64,000 nucleotides of DNA from Octopus vulgaris (Eukaryota): positions 7,502,001-7,566,000 of the forward strand of contig OX597820.1 of the NCBI GenBank assembly GCA_951406725.2. The letters are read 5' to 3'. The translations under genes and the position numbers were made by a program. This document shows, one piece after another, positions 38,930 through 51,617 of this stretch. The notes below the pieces were generated by a model. It saw nothing but the letters and a program-made list of their open reading frames with translations. It was not told the DNA's origin and ran no database searches. The first letter of the stretch is position 1. Each line of letters opens with the position of its first letter.

Positions 38930-39572
38930 TAGTTTCAAATTTTAACAAAAACCAAGCAATTTCAGGGCGGGGAGGGGTTAATCGATTACATCAACCCCGG
39001 TGCGTGACTGATACTTACTTTATCGACGCCAAAGTCAAAGCCGACCTCGACGGAATTTATTTAACGTAAAATATTGACATTAGAGAGAAATTCATAATTC
39101 AGTCTTAAAAATTGAATTGTTGACATCCTTTGTCTCCGGAGACAATGGAGTTGCACATAAAATAATCTAGTCCGGATTTTGCATTTCGTATCCTAATACA
39201 TCTGCTGTGGCTACGTATAGAGTAATGTAACGTTAGAGCAATATAAAGTTGGTGTTACGTAACAAATGCAACGTAACGTTAGAGGAATTTACGTAACGTT
39301 AGAGCAATTTACGTAACGTTAGAGCAATTTACGTAACGTTAGATTAGTGTGATTCGGTTTTAAAATGTTGACACGTGGCTATCATTTTCAGTGGAGTTGG
39401 GTAAAGCGATTACATCGGCCCCAGTGCTCAATCGATACTTATTTTATCAACCCTGAAAGGATGAAAAGCAACATGAGCCCTGTCAGAATTTGAACTCAGA
39501 ACATAATGGCGGACGATATGTCGCGAAGCATTTTGATCTGTGTGCTAAAAGTTCTGCCAACTCAGCGGCTTC
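38930..39572 (-). mobile_element. Two decayed family A SINE pieces (about 38930-39058 and 39350-39572)
   Basis: TACTTACTTTATCGAC..GACCTCGACGGAATT; CCCTGAAAGGATGAAA..GAATTTGAACTCAGAAC..TTCTGCCAACTC. Confidence 0.65.
39271..39342. repeat. 20-bp minisatellite ACGTAACGTTAGAGCAATTT x3.6
   Basis: Direct inspection; partial extra unit at about 39227-39243. Confidence 0.9.
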
Positions 39573-40239
39573 GTCGGGTAATATTGGGATCGAACAACCG
39601 AAAACAGGGTTACTGCTGATTTTGTGTTTTCAGTCTTATGTATGAAATACAAAGTCGAAACTTAACTGAATTGTTAGAGAGATGGGAGATTTTCTAAGGA
39701 CACCTTCTTCCATGAGAAATATACTGTTCAGGAACAGTTAACCATCATAATGTAGCGAACAAAATTTCTTTTAATAAATTACACAATCATCCGAAGATTA
39801 GATCCGACAATAATCCCGGTAGAAAGGATTCAACTCAGAAAGTTGAATAAGAATAACTAATTAACCTTTTTATTAACCCTTTCATTAACCAGATAACACT
39901 AATTGACGGTAGTTGAGAGTTTGACAGCTATCAGATCTATATTGTTATATACTTGAGCGTTAGCTGTCATTTGACGGGTAACTTTAGAAGTATATTTTGC
40001 TACCTCGGGTAATATCTGGAATCTTGATAAATATGCAATAATTATAATTTATTTTCTATGAAATTTCTTAAAGCTTAATATGTGCCCTCTCCCTGCATCT
40101 CTTGCGTAAACTCTCTACATTTCTCCTTTAATACACCCCCACCCGCCTACTTTCTCTGTACAATGTTAAGCACGACTGGAAAATCAACCAACCAACTTTT
40201 ATCGGATCCTATTACATAAACTCTCTTTCTCTCTCTCTC

Positions 40240-40458
40240 TTTTACTCTTTTACTTGTTTCAGTCATTTGACTGCGGCCATGCTGGAGCACCGCCTTTAAT
40301 CGAGCAACTCGACCCCGGAACATATTCTTTTGTAAGGCCAGTACTTATTCTATCGGTCTCTTTTGCCGAACCGCTAAGTAACGGGGACATAAACACACCA
40401 GCATCGGTTGTCAAGCAATGCTAGGGGGACAAACACAGACACACAAACACACACACGC

Positions 40459-40489
<31 letters not shown>

Positions 40490-40650
40490 TACGATGAGCT
40501 TCTTTCAGTTTCCGCTTACCAAATCCACTCACAAGGCTTTGGTCGGCCCGAGGCTATAGTAGAAGACACTTGCCCAAGGTGCCACGCAGTGAGACTGAAC
40601 CTGGAACCATGTTGTTGGTAGACAAGCTACTTACCACACAGCCACTCCTG
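40240..40650 (-). mobile_element. Family B SINE (tRNA head, CORE-like segment, internal TA/TG microsatellite, (GAGTAAAA)n tail)
   Basis: Reverse complement collinear with 46482-46905; GGCACCTTGGGCAAGTGTCTT resembles the CORE motif GACCTTGGGCAAGTCACTT. Confidence 0.9.
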
Positions 40651-41216
40651 TTGTTTTAATGGTCAAAACATTTATATCTGAGATTGGCCTCCACAGGAAA
40701 CATGTTCGTTGGCTGTTCCATAGCTTCCTTGTGGCGTGGTCAGCTACGTGGCTCCTTGATCGCCTCACTTCATACCAGCTTGGACAAATGATTTAATCGA
40801 TAGTATCGGTGGTGTTTTTCAGCGAAGAGTGTAAACAGCAGCTATAAAAACGAAAAACTGGTGAATCGTGAGGTTTCTGTAAAGCTTTGCGCTAATCGAA
40901 ATATTTTGGTAGAAAACACAGGATCGATTAATTGTTACCATTCATTTTGTCAGTTGCTAATACTTTATATTTAAATATATTTGCGGGATGGATGTGTTGG
41001 TAGTGTTTAGGAGAAAATAACTTGCATCATTCTGATATTCCCAGTAAGTAGCAGTAATGTAACAGGGTCCATTTAATTCTAATTCTCTCATTTAGGTGCA
41101 ACCTTTCGCCTATATGTGCACATCGCGTTACAATTAAAGAAGCGATAATTTTAGTTTAGTGTTGGCTGCTTAGTCCTATTTCAACTATGATTCGACTGTG
41201 GCCACAGACTTTCCAT

Positions 41217-41527
41217 GTTTGTTTTGTTTGCTCCTTCTCGAGTCATGCCTGGCTCATAAGGGCCGGTTTCCCGGTTTCATTGGCGTATAAGGTTCCCCAC
41301 CTGGACGGGACGCCGGTCCGTTGCAGGTGAGCTGCAAGATGCAGGAGGAAAGAGTGAGAGAAAGTTGTGGCGAAAAAGTCAGCAGAAGTTCGCCATTACT
41401 TTCTGCTGGAGCCGCGTGGAGCTTAGGTGTTTCGCTCATAAACACACACATCGCTCGGTCTGAGATTCGAACCCGAGATCCCTCGACCGCTAGTCCACTG
41501 CTCTAACCACTAGGCCATGTGCCTCCA
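41217..41527 (-). mobile_element. Family C SINE (tail variant 3), full length with TSD
   Basis: TGGCCTAGTGGTTAGAGC, GGGTTCGAATCTC; (AAAC)n tail; TSD CACAG(A/G)CTTTCCAT at 41203-41216 and 41528-41541. Confidence 0.9.
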
Positions 41528-43557
41528 CACAGGCTTTCCATCCTTGACCACATCTTTCTACGAGTGCATGCGGCACTACTTTATTAAATCTGTCCTTTTT
41601 TTTTTTTTTAGCTGAGGCGGTAGGGTGAAGGATTTGATGACTATTTTTAGCAAGCTGTGTGACCACGTGGTTACATTTTCCCTGGTTTCAATATACTTAG
41701 TTATTTCCGTTCTTTTTACTTTCCTAATCATGGAACTACCAACTGGAACTTAACCATTTTTGTTCCCTCTAAGCTGGGTCCATCACAAGTTTAACACACG
41801 AAATTAAACTTCATCGCTCCGCCTTTGACGATTAATATTCCTAACGTGAAATATCAACATTTCAGTGTAAGGTAAATATTTGATCAGTTTCTGCTTCAGC
41901 ATTCTCCATATATCTTTTGGTATTGTTGTTGTTGATAACATCGAAATATATCAATGTACAAATGTTTCGTAAAATTTCAGACAAATAAACAAACAACCCG
42001 ATAAGTGATAAAATATTTACCGAAGATTTGTCGTGTGCCATAAATTGTAAAAGACACCTAAGTGAATATCATAAATACATCATTGGAACAGTCGTAAATA
42101 AATAATCACATTTTAAAGCTGCTCTCAATTTCCCTCTCAATCAATCTTCTCTACTGCAGCTGATTATTTCTTCTATTCCTATATTTCTTTCTGTAACTTT
42201 TTTTTATCACCTTCCTGCCTCGGCACTCCAATAATTAGAGTTTACCTGTCCGACGAAATATTTGGTACACTCGTAACAACGGTCTCATTTCGAAAACTGG
42301 CGGGAGGGACCAAATGCAAGGTGAAAAAGATGCGCGTGAAGAATATACAAATTGTTTGGTGCGTATATATTACTGGTATTTATTTTACTAAACTAAGGAA
42401 GACTGAAAGGTGCAGTCGTTATAGTCTCTGTTAGAACGTAGAAGACCACACCATCGCATGTTTGCTAGTGTTGAAAAACATCTGTGAATCAGGTAACGAA
42501 GGTAAACGGATTTATTTCATAGAGTTACTCGTGAATGGCGTCGTCTGTTCCACATTCTCAACACTGTGTTTTTACAGAAAGGAAATTGCAGTCAACTTCG
42601 TGGTAGAATTCAGTATTTGGCTTAAATTTCAGCTTGGTTTTAAGTATCAAATCTATTACTACCCGATGGGTTAGCTTCAAAAAGCCTGCTGTTCAAAATG
42701 CATGAGGTGAAACTTGTTTGGAAACTTATAGTTTATATTTCTTTTCACGGAGGTTTATCAATGAGGTTTCCTCGCGACAAGTTTAAAATAGAGTAGAAAA
42801 GAGTTTTCCTCATTAATGGCTGTTGTACGTCTTGTATTCTATAAAAAGGTTGCTTCTATATTCTATAAGGTCGCCTCTCTGTCTTTAACAATAAAATCTA
42901 TTTGGAAAGTGGTGTGGCATTACATTCCCTTCTCAGCAAGGTCTATTTAATTATTATTTTGATGAGTTTAATTTCAGTACAAGGTCTTCTCTGCTTCCAA
43001 GAATTTATGCGAATATATTCAAGACTGAATTCTTCATTGTTACCATTGACTAGATTCTAGTCAAAGCCATTATTTAACCTGAAATGCCTAAATTTGTAAA
43101 AGGAAAACCAACATTGCTGTATTGATGAATGCTTTCTGAAAATAAAGAGAATGTGAACCACAAGGGAAACAGCAATCTATCTTTGAAACCAGCGCCTGTT
43201 CTAGTATTACTCTTATAATGAAACAAATTAAGGTTTCCCCGCCAGAGAATAAGATTTGCAATAAGTACTCTCTTTAAATAAGCTTTTCCGTATTGATGAG
43301 TGATGACTGGGATTTATAGAATCATTGTGCAATTCCTCATTAACTTTACTCTCTAAGTTCAGTATTTATCTCTTTATAGTTATACCTAAGATATTAATTT
43401 CAAATACTGGCACAAGGACAGGAATTTCGGAGAAGGTGTTATGTCGATTACATCATCCCCAGTATTCAACTGGTACTTATTTTATCAACCCCTGAGACGC
43501 AGAACAAAGCTGGACGAAAGACAAGTAAGCATTATGGCCTGCGTGATAACGATTAGA

Positions 43558-43754
43558 TTTTACTCTTTTACTTGTTTCAGTCATTTTGACTGGAGCACCG
43601 TCTTTAGTCGAGCAAATCGACCCCGGGACTTATTCTTTGTAAGCCCAGTGCTAATTCTATCGGTCTCTTTTGCCGAACCGCTAAGTGACGGGGACGTAAG
43701 TGAAGGGTTGTCAAGCAATGCTAAGGGGACAAACACACACACACACACACACAT

Positions 43755-43795
<41 letters not shown>

Positions 43796-43966
43796 CATAT
43801 ATACGACAGGCTTCTTTCAGTTTCCGTCTACCAAATCCACTCACAAGGCATTGGTCGGCGCGAGGCTATAGCAGAAGACACTTGCCCAAGATGCAACGCA
43901 GTGGGACTGAACCCGAAACCATGTGGTTGGTTAGCAAGTTACTTAGCACACAGCCACTCCTGCGCC
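43558..43966 (-). mobile_element. Family B SINE, full length
   Basis: Collinear with other family B copies; explains ORF 43441..44253. Confidence 0.9.
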
Positions 43967-44127
43967 TTTTATATTTATATAAATTTATATTTATAAATAT
44001 TATAAATATTATAAATATTTATATTTATATAAATTTATATGTAATTAAATTTTTGTCTCTTACTCTGATCATGATATCTAACTCTTTGAATATGCACGTC
44101 GACTCTTTTCTAACAGGATCGATTGTA

Positions 44128-45213
44128 CAGTGTGGGGCAGAGAAGACGGACGTTTTTGAAATGGCTATTACTCAGCCCCAGTGGGAGGCACATATGCCCG
44201 ACGGGTACCATTCGGTCCGTGGTGTCTTAGCATTTGTTTTTCTTTTCAAGTGAAGCCAGTGTGCTGTAGACGAGGGGCCATTGCGTGTTTTCCCACGACA
44301 GTTACGTGAAGAATAACAAATCTGTCACAGCAGTTCAGCGTGATGAGTTTCGGCGCCACTTCAACATTCACCGAAATCAGGCCGTTCCCACCCGTAACAC
44401 GATCTTACGTTGGCTGAATGCACTTCGTACACGAGGTACACTAATTAATAGGAGATTGGTGGGGGAGCCACGAAGGGTACAGACCCCGGAAAACGGTACG
44501 GACATCGGAGGCATTCCCCTGAATTTGGCATCGGTAATTAATCGGTACGGTGTATTTTACATGAAGACCAGCAATTCCACCCGTACAAATTGGTCACTAG
44601 GCAACAATTGTAACTATAAGATTATGCATGGCAGCTTAACTTCGCACGTCAGATGGAAGCAATTTTTTAGGCAAATGACAACCTCATTTTGTTAATGAGT
44701 GATGAAGCTCATTTTCATCTCAATGGCATGGTGAATCAACAGAACTGTCGTTATTGGGCTCTTGAAATGAGGCAACGGCCCACACAGCCAGAGCATCAAT
44801 GGACGTTCTTCTCCCTCTCTTCGATGACCTCCTCATTTCCAGGTTTAATGATATTCCTTGGATCTCGGTCCACTGATTTCTCCATGTGTGATTATTTCTT
44901 GTGGGTAAACCTTAAATCAAGTGTGTATGCGCATAAGCAGCGTACATTGTACGATTTGAAGGAAGCTATTTGCGTGGAAGTCGCCCAAATCAACAAAGCA
45001 ATGGTGGAGAGAGTGGAGACCAACTTCCAAGAAGGACTTCAGAAATGCTTCAATGAAAACGGACACCACGTGATGGATGTTGCTTTCCATAGTTCATTTT
45101 GGCAAATGCCAATTCAATACAAACACATTGGTGTGTCAATAAAATTTGTTTGCAACTAAAATTAATGATTTTGTGAATTTTTCAAAACCGTCCGTCCTCT
45201 CTGCCCCACCCTG
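44128..45213 (+). mobile_element. Tc1/mariner DD41D-type transposon, internally deleted, both TIRs and TA TSD
   Basis: TIRs CAGTGTGGGGCAGAGAAGACGGACGTTTTTGAA / TTCAAAACCGTCCGTCCTCTCTGCCCCACCCTG flanked by TA; SVTAVQR..FRRHF..PTRNTILRW, MSDEAHFHLNGMVNQQNCRYWA, SRSTDFSMCDYFLW; QQDGA region missing. Confidence 0.9.
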
Positions 45214-45657
45214 TACGAGTAGTCCATTCACGATTAGTCCATCATCGCAATAAGCACACAAGTAAGAAACCCGAATCATACAATATGCTATTAGTGCACA
45301 TCTGCTCTGTCGCACAATGATTTGGTTACACGAACCATTTACCTTTTTCTTTAAACAGCAAACATCTCATTGGGTGTGTAGTGACTGGAATAAATAACCA
45401 ATGAACTTCCAAGCCCTTCCGAAGACGGTGCTTAGGAATATCTGGATACATCTCTTCTCTACCGAAATACAAGAATTTAAAATGCTCCTTATAAATATTA
45501 GTGGTCCCTTTGTTGTTAGACAAACCAATCCTCCATAGCGTTATACATCATGCTACCTCTTTTTTTCCTACCATTATTGTTCAGTATTTTCGATTAATCT
45601 AATCCTCTTTAACTGTAATTAGGGTTTATATGGTGAGTCTAGTTTATCAAACCATTT

Positions 45658-45812
45658 TCTTACTCTTTACTCATTTACTTGTTTCAGTCATTTGACTTCG
45701 GCCATGCTGGAGCACCATCTTTAATCGAGCAAATCGACCCCAGGACGTACTCTATGTAAGCCTAGTGCTTATTCTATCGATCTCTTTTGCCGAACCGCTA
45801 AGTTACGGGTAC
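45658..45812 (-). mobile_element. Family B SINE 3' fragment
   Basis: TTTACTTGTTTCAGTCATTTGAC..GGCCATGCTGGAGCACC..TTTGCCGAACCGCTAAGTTACGG. Confidence 0.85.
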
Positions 45813-46065
45813 GCAAATTTAAGAGCCTGGGCCCGCCATCCCCCAGTCCCCGTCGGATGGTATCTTCAATCCAATCTGCTTCGGTGCCTGGGGGCAACCC
45901 ACATACCCAGGCTCGTATTAATTTTCCCCCACAATATGACGGAAGGAACAGAATTTCCTTGCCTTCCAAAGGCTGACTCGCAAACTAGCGAGCCTTTTCC
46001 CCGTTGTCAAACAGCAACCATACGGTTGCATGTTTGACACCACAGGATATATATTGTGTGTGTCA

Positions 46066-46157
46066 ATAAACACACACAACGCACGGTCTGGGAATCGAAA
46101 CCGCGATCCTCTGACCGCGAGTCCGCTGCCCTAGCCACCTGGCCATTGCGCCTCCAA
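46066..46157 (-). mobile_element. Family C SINE head
   Basis: Reverse complement GGAGGCGCAATGGCCAGGTGGCTAGGGCAGCGGACTCGCGGTC..GGTTTCGATTCCCAGACCG. Confidence 0.85.
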
Positions 46158-46376
46158 AATTGTGCTGTTCATGACTGACGTGAACACAACTGTAAACTTA
46201 CCTATAATAACTATCGACTCATTTTTTTCCTCTTATATCTAGCAATTGCCGATACTAATTTGTACCCTAGTTCATTAATTTGCTTTAGATTTTAATTGCA
46301 AACGGACCACCTATATTATAAGGTATTTAATATATTTTGATATATTAATATAGAGTAATAGCTTATTGTATTCATA

Positions 46377-46905
<529 letters not shown>

Positions 46906-47048
46906 ATACTCATTCTACCTTGAGTATTTAGTTCTATAGCAAATAATGTTTGCACTATGTAAGGTATATCAATGCTATAAGCCTCTACTGTAAAATCACT
47001 ATATATATGCATATATGTATCTATATATATACATATATATATATATGC

Positions 47049-47130
<82 letters not shown>

Positions 47131-47365
47131 GTGTGTGTGTATGTGTGTGTATATTAGAGTATGTATTTGAGTGTGTGTCCATGTTCGTGTGCGTGTGTTG
47201 AAGTGATTTTCTCAGTATTTCGATCGCAAATATACAATGTAATTTCTATTCTTTAACTATTTAGTTTTTAGTATATACACATGTACATATTGAAACATAC
47301 ACACATACATACACACACACATACATACATACATACATACATACATACATACATACATACATACA

Positions 47366-47396
<31 letters not shown>

Positions 47397-48559
47397 GTAC
47401 GCATATGCACAATCTTAAAATATACTGCGGATGAATTTGACAGACTTTATCTCATTCTACTTCATGCAGCTTTCGCTACATGTATGTCCATTATATATTC
47501 ATTTATGCAGTTTAAGCTAATATTAACGCAATTCCCTTTAATTCCATCTAGATTCACCGTTCTTTTTATCGCTTCTTCTTTACACATTTTTGGTGTAATT
47601 TATCTTTTCCTTCTACTCTTCTTGCATCATGGTGTGTGAAACTGATTCCAACCACTTCAGTAACAAATGTTTTAATTTGGCAAAACAGTTTGGATCACCT
47701 GCTTCATGAAATTTTACATGTAGCACATGGTAAGTTATTTGTCGATGTCTACATCCACCGCAAGCTAGCTCTCAGTTCTGTCTACTAAGCGGTGACGTTG
47801 ACTCAGCATTATACGAACCAGAATAAAGATAACACATTTTTCAGCCCGATATTATGACAAAAGCATTATTATATCCGATAAACACAACTGTAAACACCAC
47901 TGACGTAGTATTTAATTAAAATAGTCATCAATGTATCATATCTAATGTACATACGGTGTTGGTATAAAGCCTAGATAACGTCTCGTAAGGACGAGCTGTG
48001 TTAAAAACAAGTAAATATGTAAAAGAGACGATAAGTGCCCTAGCAGCGACCAGCGAAAATATCAGGCATTTCGACCTGTCCATGTCTTTTTATGACATGC
48101 ACTTGCAACCAGGCACTTGTTAGATAAGAATTCCTCACTTTCGATACTGAGAACAGTGAATAAAACATCAACTGATGTTGCGAATAGCCACGTAGCTGAA
48201 TAAAAATCCTGTAAACAGAATTAAGGCAAGGTCTAATTCAATATCCATCTATGGATCAACTTAGTGTGGCCACTGATGGGGTGATTTCGTCTCCCGATAT
48301 TTATTGTTGATTTAACCACAGCAAATCTATAAGACTTGTTATCTCAGGACAAATACAGCGGTAAGTGGCCTTCCAATGGTGTATATAGAGTAAGTATGAT
48401 AAATAAGTGGCCATTTTATTAAATATTTTGGTGAAAATGAGCACCAAAAAGTTTGGAGAGTTTTACCATCTCAATTATACAATTCCCCAGAATTCTATCT
48501 GCAATAATTTCTAAAACTTTGTATTGAAGGTTTTCTTACTTGTTCTACCTTTATTGGTT

Positions 48560-49360
48560 GTAGAAGTGACTGATTTATTGAGATCAGTCAAAAGCATTTG
48601 AGAGGGCCGTCCATCGCTTCCTGATCCACTTCAGAAGATGAGACAGAAGCAAGTTACGTTCTATAGTCGCACTTTTCTTCGGTCCTGTCTTCTTTGGTTG
48701 GTCACTATAATGTACGGCAAGATATGCTCGGTGATTAGACTAAATAGCCACTAATAAGAACCGTTTCAAAACCCACACGCAGTGCGACTAGGACATGCGC
48801 TTATATTTCTTCGGTATATTTTAGCGAGTAAACCTCTGCAACGGAGACTAGAGATATTGAGGGAGATATTACTTGAATTGGGAACCAGAAGTGTTACATG
48901 TTTTTAGGGAATCGATAACGCCGGAAATTGAAGAGTGTTAATTCAATATTCAATGATAGAAAGGGAAACAAGGTCTAGGGGATATAGCTCGGTAATTCTT
49001 CATGAAGAACTGCACCCCCGGCGTCTGGAACATAAATCTGTTTAAAATTTATGGAGTCTGATTTGTTCCAGATGTCCACGTGGTGAAAAATCTGGGAAAA
49101 AATGATCCGCATGTTGACCAGTGTTACGAAGGAGGTTGGCTATGAAATTTGGGTGAAGGTGGTTGACACATTGCTTCGGTTCTTTTCAGCCATTTGCCTA
49201 CCAATGTACTCTGTCCCAAGAAACATCTGAGGAGATTAGAGTATTTACTCTTCCGTTTCAAACGGAAGAAGGCCGCTGACAAGGGAGGAGGTCCAGCAGT
49301 TCTGAACACCCACGCAAAGAGAACACGAAATGCTGTCACCGATTGTAAGTTAATCATAAT
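48560..49360 (+). mobile_element. Decayed Tx1/L1-clade LINE RT fragment
   Basis: From 48710: MYGKICSVIRLNSH**EPF...AVRLGHAL..LRYILA.KPLQRRLEILR (SVRQGCPLS-like); FKIYGV*FVPDVHVVKN; VLCPKKHLRRLEYLLFRF. Confidence 0.65.
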
Positions 49361-49376
49361 GTTACTCCGGCCATAC

Positions 49377-49610
49377 CTATTTATTTATTACCCACAAGGG
49401 GCTAAACACAGAGGGGACAAACAAGGACAGACATAGGTATTAAGTCGATTACATCGACCCAAGTGTGTAACCGGTACTTAATTTATCGACCCCGAAAGGA
49501 TGAAAGGCAAAGTCGACCTCGGCGGAATTTGAACTCACAACGTAACGACAGACGAAATACTGCTACGCATTTCGCCCGGCGTGCTAACGTTTCTGCCAGC
49601 TCGCCGCCAT
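49377..49610 (-). mobile_element. Family A SINE, full length, with perfect TSD
   Basis: 14-bp TSD TACTCCGGCCATAC at 49363-49376 and 49618-49631. Confidence 0.92.
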
Positions 49611-49934
49611 TATTTTATACTCCGGCCATACTATCTACATAGACCTCTGATTGTTCTTTGTTAGACAAATATCCTCCATAGCTTTTTCTCTGTGACTGAG
49701 CTGTCGTCTAGCATATCTCAGTCAGGTTTTCAGCAGAACAGTTTGCATCAGTTTGTTTATGACTTACGACCATGTATAGTTACTCAGGCAGAAGATGGCT
49801 TTACAAGATCCCTCTAAGATTTACTATCAGCTTTACTTCTTAATCTTTACCTCTCAGTTCAACAAGTCACTAATGCTATGTGTTCATTCCTGAAGAGCCA
49901 GGTATGTAAAGGGAAGCCCGAGCATCTTTATTCC

Positions 49935-50155
49935 TTTATTTTTTCAAATCTACTTCAATCAATAGAGCGCGGCCAAACTGGGGTACCACCTTGAAGAATT
50001 ATCGTTGATCGAATCCAGGACATATTTTTTAAGGCTATACTGATCCCATCAGTCTCTTTAGCTGAACCGTTGCTCGCATGGATATAAGCACACCAACACA
50101 CACCAACACTAGTTGTCAAGTGGTAGTGAAGGACCAACACAGATACAGACACATA
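49935..50155 (-). mobile_element. Decayed family B SINE 3' half
   Basis: GTCTCTTTAGCTGAACCGTTG, GTTGTCAAG, ACACAGATAC. Confidence 0.6.
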
Positions 50156-50244
50156 CATCTATCTATATATCTATCCCCTTCCATCTCTCTTCCTCTCTCC
50201 TTATATATATATATATATGTATATCTATCTATATATCTACCTAC

Positions 50245-50294
<50 letters not shown>

Positions 50295-50295
<1 letters not shown>

Positions 50296-50505
50296 GCTGT
50301 GACTGCGTGTGTATCGTTGGCGATTTTTTCCCTCCGTCTTCCCTTCCTTGGATCTTTCCTTTTCCTGTGTTTCTGACGAAGAGCTCCGCTCGAAACGTTT
50401 AATCCTCCTTCTTTCTTTCCTTTCCTGATCATCCAATAACACTATACCAGTTCTACGTCCTCGCGTTGTTGTGTTTTCTCTTTGTGTTTTCATGTTTGGA
50501 TTAAC

Positions 50506-50508
<3 letters not shown>
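50295..50508 (+). mobile_element. Putative Penelope-like terminal-repeat (pLTR) remnant with hammerhead motif
   Basis: 215-bp unique segment between (TCTA)n and (TA)n carrying GUUU-CUGACGA-A-GAGC-UCC-GCUC-GAAAC-GUU-UAAUC. Confidence 0.7.
50369..50405 (+). ncRNA. Minimal type I hammerhead ribozyme-like motif
   Basis: Canonical CUGAnGA and GAAA boxes, helix II GAGC/GCUC, palindromic AAACGUUU; helix I imperfect in this copy. Confidence 0.68.
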
Positions 50509-50560
<52 letters not shown>

Positions 50561-50564
50561 ATAT

Positions 50565-50740
50565 TGGGTTGGCAACTAAGTTACCCCGATTTTTTAATTT
50601 AAATTTTTTAAAAGGTTTAATAACAAAATAACTAATTAATGAACAATGTATTCAACCTTGTTGTTTACAACTTCTTCCCAAAGTTCAACAAGAGTTTCAA
50701 AACCTCGTTGGTAAAAATCACCCGATTTCCACGCGAAAAG
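50565..50740 (-). mobile_element. Mariner 3' fragment with TIR
   Basis: Minus strand FAWKSGDFYQRGFETLVELWEEVVNNKVEYI; terminal TTGGGTTGGCAACTAAGTT next to TA. Confidence 0.75.
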
Positions 50741-50744
50741 AATC

Positions 50745-50909
50745 TTGTGGCGAAACAGTGAGCAGAAGTTCGCCATTACCTTCTACTGGAGCCTCGCGGA
50801 GCTTAGGTATTTCGCTCATAAACACACACATCGCCCGGTCTGAGATTCGAACCCGCGATCCCTCGACCGCAAGTCCGCTGCTCTAACCACTAGGCTATGT
50901 GCCTCCACG
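50745..50909 (-). mobile_element. Family C SINE, 3'-truncated
   Basis: Collinear with 41365-41527. Confidence 0.85.
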
Positions 50910-51042
50910 ATTGTAAATATTAACATAATTAAATCTATCTTACATAATTATATCATACTTATTAATGTAATTTAGTTGTTCCATATATTCATATTTTACG
51001 TTGATGGTGAGAAGCATTACAAAGCGCCCGTCCGTTTTAAAG

Positions 51043-51206
51043 CTCCATATAAATTATCGTAGCGCCCTCCATATAAATTATCGTAGTGCCGGCAACATTC
51101 GTCAATTTCTTGAAAATGCTGTCATAACCCCGAAATATTGAATACAAGGCAAGTCTACCTATCCGAAGGTAATACAAGGCAACGTATACCTATCCGAAGG
51201 TAATAC
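51043..51206. repeat. Two adjacent short tandem duplications (24 bp x2; 30/31 bp x2)
   Basis: CTCCATATAAATTATCGTAG(C/T)GCC at 51043-51090; AATACAAGGCAA(C)GT(C/A)TACCTATCCGAAGGT at 51141-51201. Confidence 0.9.
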
Positions 51207-51617
51207 TCAGACGGAATACTCAACCTATAGAATCCTCGCACGATATGATGTCCCAGTAGCTGGAATATTCTAAGAACAGCTAGGAAAACCTGTTATTATG
51301 CTGCTAAAGTAAATGTCGTTCTTAAGTGTTGCCAAACTCTTTGACGTTTCTTTTATACTTTAATCTCTCTAGCTACCAATATAACTTATTCTTATTATAC
51401 CTGCGAAAACATGATGGTTTTGGAGTTTTAACAAGAAGAAATATATTACTCTACCTCCGGTATTCGAGGACTAAATATATTTATACATATGCATGCAACA
51501 ACTGAAAATTTCTGACCTGGAATTCAACAGAGAGTTAGGGATCTTACCTGTGAGCAGGATCTGCGCTCTTTCAGCCAAACAGACTGCATTTATTCGATCC
51601 ATATATATATATATATA

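Noticed and set aside
39271-39342. CRISPR-like array (also 11180-11370 and 12410-13007)
   Set aside because: No unique spacers, eukaryotic context, no cas genes
43441-44253. 270-aa ORF, and similar ORFs at 46372, 51571 and 59819
   Set aside because: Read-through of family B SINE sequence; the recurring peptide merely reflects the repeat
49260-49310. KAADKGG resembling the Penelope RT PADKG motif
   Set aside because: Lies collinearly within a Tx1/L1-type fossil after RLEYLLFRF, where a GGLG-type motif is expected
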